Source of the DNA: Ignavibacteria bacterium
Lineage (GTDB): Bacteria; Bacteroidota; Ignavibacteria; Tepidaquicellales; OLB5
Direction: 5' to 3'
Assembly: GCA_014879675.1 (NCBI GenBank)
Contig: JACSRQ010000098.1
Span: forward strand, 1 to 59,108
Length of the DNA stretch: 59,108 nt
Shown here piece after piece: positions 9,620-18,781 of the stretch. The first letter of the stretch is position 1, and each line of letters opens with the position of its first letter. A model generated the notes under the pieces. The model worked only from the letters and a program-made list of their open reading frames with translations, did no database searches and was not told the origin of the DNA. A program made the translations under genes and the position numbers.

Positions 9620-10162
9620 ATGCAATTAGAACGATGGAAAAAATTATCAACTGTTGCAAAATTCGTCAATAATTGGTGGAGTTACAAGGTAGATAATTAT
9701 TCGCTCCCAAATGGTGCAAAAGGAGAGTATCATTATGTTTTTACCCATGGTTCAGCCTTTATTATTCCAATAACAACCGAGGGGAAGATAATTCTGGTAA
9801 AGCAGTATCGTTATTTAAACGATAGATTCAGTCTGGAGTTTCCGGGCGGCGGTGTCAAAAAGGAGGATAATCACGATTTTGAGGCACAAAAAGAACTGGT
9901 TGAAGAAACCGGGTTTGAGGGTGAGCTTGAATATGCCGGTATGTTCAATCCATATAATGGTGTTACAAATGAAATATGCAAAGTTTATATTGCGCGGAAC
10001 TTAAAGCCGAGTGAAAAGTATAAAAAAGACGCATCTGAAGAGTTTTTGATGTATGAGTTTACTACAGCAGAGATCGAAAATATGATCGAGAATAACGAGA
10101 TCTATGACGGAATGACGCTTGCTGCCTGGGCTTTGGTGCGAAAAAGACTGAATGTGAAGTAA
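9620..10162 (+). CDS. NUDIX hydrolase (ADP-ribose pyrophosphatase-like)
   Basis: Nudix box GGGVKKEDNHDFEAQKELVEETGF. Confidence 0.8.
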   Translation: MQLERWKKLSTVAKFVNNWWSYKVDNYSLPNGAKGEYHYVFTHGSAFIIPITTEGKIILVKQYRYLNDRFSLEFPGGGVKKEDNHDFEAQKELVEETGFEGELEYAGMFNPYNGVTNEICKVYIARNLKPSEKYKKDASEEFLMYEFTTAEIENMIENNEIYDGMTLAAWALVRKRLNVK

Positions 10163-10234
10163 GTCCAATGTATCAGAAAAAATTGAAAGATCTTTAAAGC
10201 TGAGAATTATAAGCTTAAAACCAATAAATAAAAT

Positions 10235-10978
10235 ATGAAAATACTGTTCACTGTTTCCATCTTGTTTTTATCAAGTTGTATTTATTCACAAAATATGGAT
10301 ACAACTATAAAATCTGACCTGAATTTTGACAGGGAAGAGGAAACTATCCGTGTATCTTACAGCGAAGCAACTCAGGATTTCAAGCTCAAGATAAACAACG
10401 ATGAGTTTACCGGCAAATATAACGATGCTTACGATATTGGCGTTGAGATAATAGATATTAACCGGAATGATAATTTGAGGGAAGTGCTGATCAAAGGCTA
10501 TGGACCCAGCGATCAAAGCGATATGTATTTCTTCCAGTTCGTTAACGGGAAGATCACTGAGTGCGGGCATCTGCCATCCAACTTCGGTATAGAAGTAACC
10601 GGGAACAGCGAATTGACTGAATATGCCTGGATGGGATTCTGGACTGCAAAGATGAGATACGATTTTGACAGCAAGAATAAAACTATCACAAAGATCGAAG
10701 AGGAATTTTATGACGTTAACCAGGAGTGTGAAGTAAAAACAACATTTGACCTGCGTAAAGATAAAAGTGATAACTCTGAAGTATCGGTTAAGCTTAAGCC
10801 CGGCACTAAAATTACCCTCGTCAAGGCAGATATAAGCCAGAACTGTCCGAACCCGGAGCAGATTTACACGGAATTCTATTGCGATTGGTACCTCATCAAA
10901 ACTCCTGACGGTAAACAGGGATGGTGCAGGCTTGAAAATTTTGTAGAAAAAGTTGAAGGTCTCGTTTGGGCAGGATGA
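10235..10978 (+). CDS. Hypothetical lipoprotein
   Basis: Signal peptide with lipobox-like LSSC. No domain recognised. Confidence 0.6.
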   Translation: MKILFTVSILFLSSCIYSQNMDTTIKSDLNFDREEETIRVSYSEATQDFKLKINNDEFTGKYNDAYDIGVEIIDINRNDNLREVLIKGYGPSDQSDMYFFQFVNGKITECGHLPSNFGIEVTGNSELTEYAWMGFWTAKMRYDFDSKNKTITKIEEEFYDVNQECEVKTTFDLRKDKSDNSEVSVKLKPGTKITLVKADISQNCPNPEQIYTEFYCDWYLIKTPDGKQGWCRLENFVEKVEGLVWAG

Positions 10979-11400
10979 TTACACCAATGTCAAAGCCCAA
11001 ATGCCAAATGCCAAATGTTCCCGCAAGCGGGATTTCGCTGCGCTCAACAAACGTCATACGTGAAATGTGAAACGTGAAATGTCAAACGGGAGAAAAATTT
11101 GTCTAAGTAGCACAGACATATAGAAGAGCACTTCGTGACTTGTCTGTGAATATATTTTTATATTGCTTTAGTAGCACAGACATTCCTGTCTGTGTTCACG
11201 ATTAGTTCATTAACTTAAACAGGACAGATTTTTAAAAGAGCACTTCGTGACTTGTCTGTAAATTATTGTCATTCCTGCGGAAGCAGGGATCTAGACGAAA
11301 AACTTTACCCCGTTGTTGGTGTTATCACCAACAACAATAACCAATCTTTCAATCCCGCAAAGTTGATTTATAAATACATTCCAAAAGCCTTTATAAATTA
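10979..11400. repeat. Intergenic block of word microsatellites and REP-like hairpins
   Basis: aaatgcc x3; gaaa(t/c)gt x3; hairpins tcccgc-aa-gcggga (11021-11034), cacagaca...tgtctgtg (11111-11148 and 11175-11194) and attcctgc-ggaa-gcagggat (11271-11290). A 23-nt shared unit agagcacttcgtgacttgtctgt occurs at 11125 and 11237. Confidence 0.8.
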
Positions 11401-11412
11401 ATATTATTGCAG

Positions 11413-12090
11413 ATGATACAATTGTTAAAGGGAGATCTCAAACATTTAGGCAGGGCATTCGTCCGGGTTTACCCTTTAACATTCCGCAGGATATTCATCC
11501 ACTGGCAGCTTGCAATAGCAGCGGTATTTGCAATTGTTTCGGCTTTTTATCTTGACCCTGCAATCCGGTCTATTGTTACCGGAATTGATAATGGCTTCGT
11601 TTCGTCGGTGTTCGATTTCGGCAGGTGGTACGGTAATGGTATGCCAACGCTTTATGTTTTCCTGCTGCTTTATATCGGCGGACTCATCTTCAAAAAATAC
11701 AATATGCGCGAAACCGGGTTGCTGGTTCTGGAGGCGTATGTTTTTTCGGGTCTGGTTACCCTGATATTCAAATCCGCTTTCGGCAGGTTCAGGCCATACA
11801 CCAATAAAGGCGATTTTGCATGGTACGGTTGGAACTGGTCAAACAACGATATGTTCTCATATATCTCCGGACATGCGGCCGTTTCATTCGCTCTTTCCAC
11901 AATCCTTGCATCAACCACAAAAAATATCTACCTGAAATCATTTTATTACCTGCTTGCAGTAATTACATGCGTCAGCAGGATATATCACAACCAGCATTGG
12001 CTTAGCGATGTAGTGAGCGGGGCTATCTCAGCTTACCTGATCAGCAGGGTTCTGGTTGGCATTCACAAAGAACCGGATTCTGACTATTAA
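11413..12090 (+). CDS. PAP2 family phosphatase (membrane)
   Basis: PAP2 motifs KSAFGRFRP, SGH (YISGHAA) and SRIYHNQHWLSD. ATG 11413 was chosen; a TTG at 11407 is also in frame. Confidence 0.8.
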   Translation: MIQLLKGDLKHLGRAFVRVYPLTFRRIFIHWQLAIAAVFAIVSAFYLDPAIRSIVTGIDNGFVSSVFDFGRWYGNGMPTLYVFLLLYIGGLIFKKYNMRETGLLVLEAYVFSGLVTLIFKSAFGRFRPYTNKGDFAWYGWNWSNNDMFSYISGHAAVSFALSTILASTTKNIYLKSFYYLLAVITCVSRIYHNQHWLSDVVSGAISAYLISRVLVGIHKEPDSDY

Positions 12091-12102
12091 TCTATCATTG
12101 TT

Positions 12103-12810
12103 ATGAAAGAACCCAAAGTTTTTCTCACTGCCAGGTGGCAGGATCTCATTCTCATCACATACGATGTTGACCCGGACATCCTGAAGCCGTTCATTCCCCC
12201 CGGACTTGAACCTGATACGATCGATGGCAGGGGATTCTTGAGCCTTGTGGCGTTTGATTTCCTGGATACAAAAATAAAGGGATTGAAGATACCTTTCCAT
12301 GTGAATTTCCCTGAAATTAACCTTAGGATATACGTCAAGAATAATGAAAGAAGGGGAGTGGTATTTGTAAGGGAATTTGTACCGAGGGCGGTAATTCCAT
12401 TGGTTGCGAATCTGCTGTATAACGAGAAATACGAGGCTATACCCATGCACAGCAAGGTTGAAAAGGGTGAATCAATTAAGATAAATCACACGATTGAAAA
12501 AGAGCATAAAGAATTTAGTATAGATCTGGAAGCTGAAAATAAGCCCTATCTGCCCGAAAGTGATTCTACTCCTCATTTTTTTAAGGAACATGAGTGGGGA
12601 TTTGGAACATCCCGCGGGGGAAAACTATTAATATATAGAGTTGAACATCCGTTCTGGGATGTTTACCCGGTACTGAAATGCAGTCATAACTTTGAATTTG
12701 GGCTGGTTTACGGCAGACATTGGGAATTCCTGAATGCCGCAAAACCGTACAATGTTACATATGCAAAAGGTTCTGAAATCAAAGTATTTGAGGGCGAGAT
12801 AGTAAATTAG
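12103..12810 (+). CDS. DUF2071 (YqjF-like) family protein
   Basis: N-terminal FLTARWQDLILITYDVDPDILKPFIPPGLEPD pattern typical of DUF2071. Confidence 0.7.
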   Translation: MKEPKVFLTARWQDLILITYDVDPDILKPFIPPGLEPDTIDGRGFLSLVAFDFLDTKIKGLKIPFHVNFPEINLRIYVKNNERRGVVFVREFVPRAVIPLVANLLYNEKYEAIPMHSKVEKGESIKINHTIEKEHKEFSIDLEAENKPYLPESDSTPHFFKEHEWGFGTSRGGKLLIYRVEHPFWDVYPVLKCSHNFEFGLVYGRHWEFLNAAKPYNVTYAKGSEIKVFEGEIVN

Positions 12811-12909
12811 CAGAAATCCGCATACGGTTTTATGTAATTATTGTTATATTGCCGGAGTTTAATAGATGATTTACTTTTCGGTTTAAACAACATATATTAA
12901 GTAAATAGG

Positions 12910-13914
12910 ATGTCAGTTAAATATTCCAAAGAAACACTAAATGACCGCTTTACGCTCTTCACCGTTGAAAACGGCGGAAGCAAGAATACTTTTGCCGAAG
13001 ACGTAATCGCCGGGCTGACATCTGACCCTAAAACTCTGCCTCCCAAATATTTTTATGATAATGCCGGCTCTGAACTGTTCGAAAAAATATGTTCTACACC
13101 TGAATACTATGTTACCCGCACTGAAGCGTCGATCCTAAAAGATAAATCAGAAAATATAGCTGATGCAAACAAAGGCAAGGATCTTATCGTTGAGCTTGGC
13201 AGCGGCAGCTCGATCAAAACCCGTTACATACTTAACGCGTTCATCAAGCAGAATTCTTCGGTCAACTATGTGCCAATTGATGTATCAGAAATACTGATAC
13301 AAAGCGGAAACAGCCTGTTGAGCGATTTTGAGGGACTATATGTAACGGGAATCATAGGTGAGTATGAGGAGTCTATTGAAGCAGCTACGAAGATCTTCCC
13401 GCAGCCAAAGCTTATACTATTTCTCGGCTCAAGTATCGGAAATTTCGATCTGCCCCACGCTGAAGAATTCCTCGGAAAGCTTTCAGCATCCATGAGAAAA
13501 GGTGATAGCCTGCTGATAGGGTTCGACCTGGTAAAGAATGAGAATGTTCTTAATGCGGCATACAATGACAGCGAAGGAGTGACTGCGGAATTCAACCTGA
13601 ATCTGCTGCGCAGGATCAAAAGGGAATTCAACTCGGAGCTGAATGAAGATAACTTTGAGCATAAAGCCCATTTTAATTCAAATGAAAGCAGGATCGAAAT
13701 GCATCTTATCTCCAAATGCGACCACTCGTTCAGTCTGAATGGCTCAGGTGAGATAAAATTCCGTAAAGGAGATTCAATACACACTGAAAACTCATACAAA
13801 TTCACCGATGAAATGATCCGCGGGCTGGCTTCTTCTGCCGGACTCACAATTTCCGAATCATGGAAAGATGAAAACAACTACTTCGAGCTTTGTTTGATGA
13901 ATAAAGACAAGTAA
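12910..13914 (+). CDS. egtD: L-histidine N-alpha-methyltransferase (hercynine synthase)
   Basis: EgtD signature PKYFYDNAGSELFEKICSTPEYYVTRTEASIL, SAM motif VELGSGSSIKT, and a typical length of 334 aa. Confidence 0.85.
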   Translation: MSVKYSKETLNDRFTLFTVENGGSKNTFAEDVIAGLTSDPKTLPPKYFYDNAGSELFEKICSTPEYYVTRTEASILKDKSENIADANKGKDLIVELGSGSSIKTRYILNAFIKQNSSVNYVPIDVSEILIQSGNSLLSDFEGLYVTGIIGEYEESIEAATKIFPQPKLILFLGSSIGNFDLPHAEEFLGKLSASMRKGDSLLIGFDLVKNENVLNAAYNDSEGVTAEFNLNLLRRIKREFNSELNEDNFEHKAHFNSNESRIEMHLISKCDHSFSLNGSGEIKFRKGDSIHTENSYKFTDEMIRGLASSAGLTISESWKDENNYFELCLMNKDK

Positions 13915-14036
13915 TCCAAATACCAAATAGCAAATACCAAAAAACAAACAACTAACATCTTACATCCAGCATCTAAAATCTGAAACCTAATTTTGGATTC
14001 TTAATTCCTAATTCCTAATCCCTAATTCCTAATTAT
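13915..14036. repeat. Word microsatellites between convergent egtD and egtB (caaatac-type words; ttcctaa heptamer x4-5)
   Basis: Direct reading: ...ccaaataccaaatagcaaataccaaaaaac... and ...ttaattcctaattcctaatccctaattcctaatt... Confidence 0.75.
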
Positions 14037-15410
14037 CTATGCGTCCATTGCACATCTGAATCCGCTTATCAGCCAGCGTTCATGCGTCTTAAAAAAATTC
14101 CTGTAAGTATTGCGGGTTGAGTCTTTCGGCGTACTGAATGATCCGCCGCGAAGTACTTTCTGGTTCGTGAACCATTTATCATTGTACTCTGCAAATCCGG
14201 ACTTAAATCCGGGATAAGCAACAAACTCCGAATTTGTCCATTCCCATGCATCGCCAATCATTCCATAACATCCGTAGAAGCTCTTTCCCAACTCATATGA
14301 AAATACATCTGCGGGACCCCACAACCGTGATTCCAGCAGATTGCAATTCATCTCGCCCGGTTCGGTATCACCCCAGGGATAGAGTCGTTTAGTCTGGGCA
14401 GATTCATCCCAACTTGCGGCTTTTTCCCATTCCGCCTCGCTTGGAAGGCGTTTTCCGGCCCATCGGGCGTATGCATCGGCTTCAAAGAAGCTTACATTTG
14501 TCACAGGTTCATTGGGAAAATTCTCAAGGAATCTTTTTCCCCTGAAATCATTTTTAAACCAGTTGCCCTTATCATCCTGCTCCCAATACATAGGAGCATT
14601 GATTGATTCCCTGTTAACCCATTGCCAGCCTTCATCAAGCCAGAATTTATAACTATTGTAGCCGCCTTCAGCAATGAACTTCAGGTAGTCGCCGTTTGTC
14701 ACAGGCGTGTTATCGATGTAATAATCATTCAGGTAAACCTTATGCTGCGGCATTTCTACATCATACGCAAACTGGTCTTTCCATTTCAGTATATCGAATC
14801 CAAGCTCAAATATCCCGCCCGGAATTTTTATCATCTCTTTTTTTCCTGCGTTCCCGTTTGCGGAAGGGACCTTCCTGATCTCCTTAGGCTTATATTTATC
14901 CTGCAAGAGGTGCTGCAGGTCATATACCATCAGTTCCTGGTGCTGCCACTCGTGGTTAAATGCGAGGATAAAATCCTTCAGCATATTCAGCTTAAGCTCG
15001 GTTGCCTCAAAAAATGCTGCAGCCTGCCTGTTGATGTAATTCCAGTACTCAATGGTTTCCTTAACGGTAGGACGCGATATTGTACCGCGCCTGCTTTTAT
15101 TGAACGGCTTGCCGAATGCCTGGTAATATGAATTCAGATAATAGGAATAATCTTCCCTGTACGGCTTATAATCCTTGAAGTACTTTTTTAAAAGCTGGTC
15201 GTAGAACCATGTTACGTGACCAAGGTGCCAGCGGGGCGGACTCATAAAACTTTCGGTCTGTACAACGTAATCTTCTATCTCAAGCGGTTCGCAAAGCTCA
15301 ATAGTAAGCCTGCGCACTTTTTTAAACATGTTGAATATTTTATCATTATCAACTCCGCTCAAAGAGTTTTCTATGTCATTAATATTCAATACGCTCTTTT
15401 GATTTTCCAT
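14037..15410 (-). CDS. egtB: Ergothioneine biosynthesis sulfoxide synthase EgtB (DinB_2 + FGE-sulfatase fold)
   Basis: N-terminal DinB-like HLGHVTWFYDQ and HEWQHQELM. C-terminal FGE-like region (RLPSEAEWEKAA, GDAWEWT, RGGSFSTP). At 457 aa it has no C-terminal methyltransferase domain. Confidence 0.8.
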   Translation of the reverse strand: MENQKSVLNINDIENSLSGVDNDKIFNMFKKVRRLTIELCEPLEIEDYVVQTESFMSPPRWHLGHVTWFYDQLLKKYFKDYKPYREDYSYYLNSYYQAFGKPFNKSRRGTISRPTVKETIEYWNYINRQAAAFFEATELKLNMLKDFILAFNHEWQHQELMVYDLQHLLQDKYKPKEIRKVPSANGNAGKKEMIKIPGGIFELGFDILKWKDQFAYDVEMPQHKVYLNDYYIDNTPVTNGDYLKFIAEGGYNSYKFWLDEGWQWVNRESINAPMYWEQDDKGNWFKNDFRGKRFLENFPNEPVTNVSFFEADAYARWAGKRLPSEAEWEKAASWDESAQTKRLYPWGDTEPGEMNCNLLESRLWGPADVFSYELGKSFYGCYGMIGDAWEWTNSEFVAYPGFKSGFAEYNDKWFTNQKVLRGGSFSTPKDSTRNTYRNFFKTHERWLISGFRCAMDA

Positions 15411-15510
15411 TTTGATAATTTCTTTGTAGTTTTACGGGAATTATATTCAAATATACCTCATATAAGGGGAAAATTCAATTTAACCTGTTAAAGAAAGCTC
15501 TGCTTACTTA

Positions 15511-16239
15511 ATGAATCTGATACAGTTCGAAAAGGTTTCACATTATTACAATAACAAAGCGGCCCTGAAAGATCTTAGCTTTGAAATTGAAGATAAGAAG
15601 ATAACCGCAATTATAGGTAAAAGCGGCAGCGGGAAATCAACCCTGCTGCAGATAATCAACGGGCTTATAAGGCCAACAAAAGGTATTGTAAAAGTTTTTG
15701 GAAATCCGTTGGATTATGACAAGCTGATCGAGCTGAGAAGAAAGATTGGCTACTCGGTACAGGGCACGGGACTTTTCCCGCATATGAGTATCTACAGGAA
15801 CATTTCCCTGCCGGGAGAGATATCAGGTGACTCAAAGCACGATACTGAACGCAGAGTAGATACATTAATGAGCTTCGTGAATCTGCCGCCCAGCTTCAAG
15901 ACAAAGTATCCATATCAGCTTTCAGGCGGCGAACAGCAAAGAGTGGGGATTTGCCGCGCAATGCTTCTTGAGCCGCCAATCTTCCTGCTTGATGAAGCAT
16001 TTGGCGCTCTGGATGCCGATACCAAAAAGAGCATACATGCCGAACTGCTGGAGCTTCAGCAGGCGGAACCAAGAACGATTGTAATGGTTACGCATGATCT
16101 GAATGAGGCAATGCGGCTGTGTGATAACCTGATGGTCCTGCATGAAGGTACTATACATCAGTACGCACCAAAAAACGAAGTGATAACAAATCCGGCTACA
16201 GATTTTGTTAAACTGTTCATTGAGGCACACAGGGATTGA
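15511..16239 (+). CDS. ABC transporter ATP-binding protein, betaine/osmoprotectant (OpuB/C-type) family, lacking CBS domains
   Basis: Walker A GKSGSGKST, signature LSGGEQQR, Walker B FLLDEAFGALD. Ends at 242 aa immediately after the NBD. Confidence 0.85.
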   Translation: MNLIQFEKVSHYYNNKAALKDLSFEIEDKKITAIIGKSGSGKSTLLQIINGLIRPTKGIVKVFGNPLDYDKLIELRRKIGYSVQGTGLFPHMSIYRNISLPGEISGDSKHDTERRVDTLMSFVNLPPSFKTKYPYQLSGGEQQRVGICRAMLLEPPIFLLDEAFGALDADTKKSIHAELLELQQAEPRTIVMVTHDLNEAMRLCDNLMVLHEGTIHQYAPKNEVITNPATDFVKLFIEAHRD

Positions 16240-17723
16240 ACAGAACTAAAGTAATATTATTGTTTCTGATCTTTGTATGCGGAAGTTTATCAACGCAGAC
16301 AATACGTGTTGGGGCAAAGCATTTTAATGAGTCATACATTCTTGGTGAGATATTCTCGCAGCTGCTCGAAGCCAATGGTTATAAAGTGCAGAGGAATTTT
16401 AATCTAGGCGGCACACTTGTTTGTTTTGAATCGCTGCGAGAAGGGCAGATAGATGTTTATCCCGAATACACGGGTACAATCAGCGAAGCGATATTGAAGC
16501 TGACGGAAAAAACGAATCTATCGGATCTGAACAAACGATTGCTTGAGCTGCATAAACTTGAGATTAGCGGAAGCCTGGGATTCAATAATACATACGGACT
16601 TGCCGTAAAGAAATCGACTGCGGAAAAGTATCACCTGAGAAATATTTCAGACCTGGCGGGGAATTCAACCATCAAAACTGCGGTAAGTTATGAATTCCTG
16701 AAAAGAAAAGACGGCTGGGAAAATCTTGCGAAGCTTTATCATCTGAAAATGGATCCGGCCGGTATCGATCACGGCCTTGCATACCAATCACTTGAAGATG
16801 GCAAAATTGAGCTTACTGATGTATATTCAACCGATGGTGAAATTCCGAAATACGATCTTGTTCTTTTAAAGGATGACCTGAATTTTTTCCCCGGCTATCT
16901 TGGTGTGGCGTTTTACCGCGCTGATATTGATAAAAAAGCTAAAGATCTGTTGGGTATGCTTAATAATACAATTACTGATAGCATGATGCAGGCATTGAAT
17001 GCTGAGGTATTGTACAGGAATAAAACATTCGCACAGGTTGCAAATGAATTTTTAAAGAACGGCAGCTACATTAAAAAGGAAGCTAAGTTTGAGCAGCCAA
17101 GTGCGTTCGAGGAGATAATGAGCAAACTCGCACGGCATCTGCAGATAACATTCCTCTCACTGCTTCTTGCTATAATTGTTGCACTGCCCCTGGGAGTTTT
17201 GCTTTCAACCAATCCGGTGCTGACACGTCCTGTGCTTTATATAAGCGGACTTCTTCAGACTATACCTTCAATAGCATTACTTGCTGTTATGATACCTGTT
17301 TTCGGGATTGGAATAGTTCCCGCAATTGCGGCATTGTTCTTATACGCACTTTTGCCTATTATTAGGAATACAGCTTCCGGGATATATTCAGTTGATCCGG
17401 TGATCAAAAAAGTTGCAATAGGCATGGGTTTAACCAAATGGCAGCGCCTGCGTTATGTAGAAATACCGCTTGCAATGCCTTCAATTTTTGCGGGTATCAA
17501 AACTGCTGCTGTCATAAATATCGGGACCGCAACGCTGGCTGCATTCATCGGGGCAGGGGGCCTGGGCGAGTTCATAGTAACCGGGCTCGCGCTAAATGAT
17601 ACATCGCTAATACTGAAGGGTGCAATTCCGGCAGCGCTTCTTGCGATACTGGTAGAATTCATGTTTGAGATACTTGAACAGATATTTCTGCCGAAACAAC
17701 TAAAAGAAAAGCCAGCTAATTAA
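16236..17723 (+). CDS. Fused substrate-binding domain (OpuBC/OpuCC-type, N-terminal) plus ABC permease (C-terminal)
   Basis: TTGA overlap with the ATPase gene. SBD region IRVGAKHFNESYILGEIFSQLLEANGY...DVYPEYTGTI. The C-terminal half has about 5-6 TM helices and an EAA-like loop (MGLTKWQRLRYVEIPLAMPSIFAGIK). Confidence 0.85.
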   Translation: MNRTKVILLFLIFVCGSLSTQTIRVGAKHFNESYILGEIFSQLLEANGYKVQRNFNLGGTLVCFESLREGQIDVYPEYTGTISEAILKLTEKTNLSDLNKRLLELHKLEISGSLGFNNTYGLAVKKSTAEKYHLRNISDLAGNSTIKTAVSYEFLKRKDGWENLAKLYHLKMDPAGIDHGLAYQSLEDGKIELTDVYSTDGEIPKYDLVLLKDDLNFFPGYLGVAFYRADIDKKAKDLLGMLNNTITDSMMQALNAEVLYRNKTFAQVANEFLKNGSYIKKEAKFEQPSAFEEIMSKLARHLQITFLSLLLAIIVALPLGVLLSTNPVLTRPVLYISGLLQTIPSIALLAVMIPVFGIGIVPAIAALFLYALLPIIRNTASGIYSVDPVIKKVAIGMGLTKWQRLRYVEIPLAMPSIFAGIKTAAVINIGTATLAAFIGAGGLGEFIVTGLALNDTSLILKGAIPAALLAILVEFMFEILEQIFLPKQLKEKPAN

Positions 17724-17748
17724 TAAATAAACCAAATACTCTGAATAA

Positions 17749-18066
17749 ATGATATTGATTGAACATAATTACCCGGTCTACATTGCCATATGGTTCCTGA
17801 TAACAGTGTTTATGTTATGGTATTTCAGGTTTATGTCGCGCAAAATGAAAAACACCGATGACCGCCAGGCGAAAAGCTCGCTGTTTACATTGACTGTTTT
17901 TCTTGGGATCCCTATGCTGCTTGTTGTAGTTATCGGGCCGCTGCTGTTTATAATTGGTGATAAAAACCTTGGCTCTTTTTACAGATATTTGTGGATAGGA
18001 TTGATGGGAGCGTTTTTGATCTATTTTATTTTCAAACAAAGGACTAAAAATACCGAAAGTAAATGA
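17749..18066 (+). CDS. Small hypothetical membrane protein (3 TM)
   Basis: ORF with three hydrophobic helices. No family recognised. Confidence 0.5.
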   Translation: MILIEHNYPVYIAIWFLITVFMLWYFRFMSRKMKNTDDRQAKSSLFTLTVFLGIPMLLVVVIGPLLFIIGDKNLGSFYRYLWIGLMGAFLIYFIFKQRTKNTESK

Positions 18067-18147
18067 ATCAAGCTACCTAACGCGCAAAGTGTGGATTCAA
18101 GACCGGCTAATGTGGTAAGAGTTTGTGTAACAGATTTTAGACATAAT

Positions 18148-18255
18148 AAAAAGAGGCTGACTTAAAAGTGTTTTGTCATTCCTGCGGAGGCAGGAATCTT
18201 GAGAAATTATAAACATGTTTTCTCAAAGACACAGCTTTTGAGTCAGCCTCTTTTT
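18148..18255. terminator. Bidirectional terminator-like long stem whose loop carries a REP-like hairpin
   Basis: Outer arms aaaaagaggctgacttaaaag (18148-18168) and cttttgagtcagcctcttttt (18235-18255), with 1 mismatch. Inner hairpin attcctgc-ggag-gcaggaat at 18178-18197. Lies between convergent genes. Confidence 0.65.
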
Positions 18256-18764
18256 TAGCTAACCATTTCCTTAACGGACTGGTCGAATAATTTGTGATGA
18301 GTTTTACCTATCTTTTCCTGGATCTGTATCAATCCCTGGATCAATGCATCAGGTCTTGGCGGACAGCCTGCAACATAAACATCAACCGGAAGGAACTGAT
18401 CGATACCCTGTACAACGGAATAGCTTCTGTACATACCGCCCGAAGAAGTGCATGCGCCCATTGCTATGCAATATTTTGGCTCAGGCATTTGATCCCAAAT
18501 TTTCCTTACAACCCATGCCATTTTGTAAGTAACAGTTCCGGCAACAATCATGAGGTCTGATTGCCTTGGTGAGAAGCGGAATACTTCAGAGCCGAAGCGT
18601 GATGCATCAAACCTTGAAGCCGCAAAAGCCATCATCTCGATAGCGCAGCATGAAATACCCATCGGCATCGGCCACACAGCATTCTTGCGCGCCCAGCCAA
18701 GAAAATCGCTGATCTTGGTTGTGAAAAATCCTTCGTTCTGTAGTGTTGAATTTAGATCTGACAT
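18255..18764 (-). CDS. nuoB: NADH-quinone oxidoreductase subunit B
   Basis: N2-cluster cysteines in the conserved context ([24 protein letters not shown]). Confidence 0.95.
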   Translation of the reverse strand: MSDLNSTLQNEGFFTTKISDFLGWARKNAVWPMPMGISCCAIEMMAFAASRFDASRFGSEVFRFSPRQSDLMIVAGTVTYKMAWVVRKIWDQMPEPKYCIAMGACTSSGGMYRSYSVVQGIDQFLPVDVYVAGCPPRPDALIQGLIQIQEKIGKTHHKLFDQSVKEMVS

Positions 18765-18781
18765 AAAATTTTAATTTCCTG

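Noticed and set aside
14037-15410. The EgtB-like gene as OvoA (ovothiol) or SenA (selenoneine).
   Set aside because: At 457 aa it lacks the C-terminal methyltransferase domain of OvoA. No senB (glycosyltransferase) or senC (SelD-like) genes are adjacent, whereas egtD is. Only phylogeny can settle this, so the uncertainty is noted in the finding.
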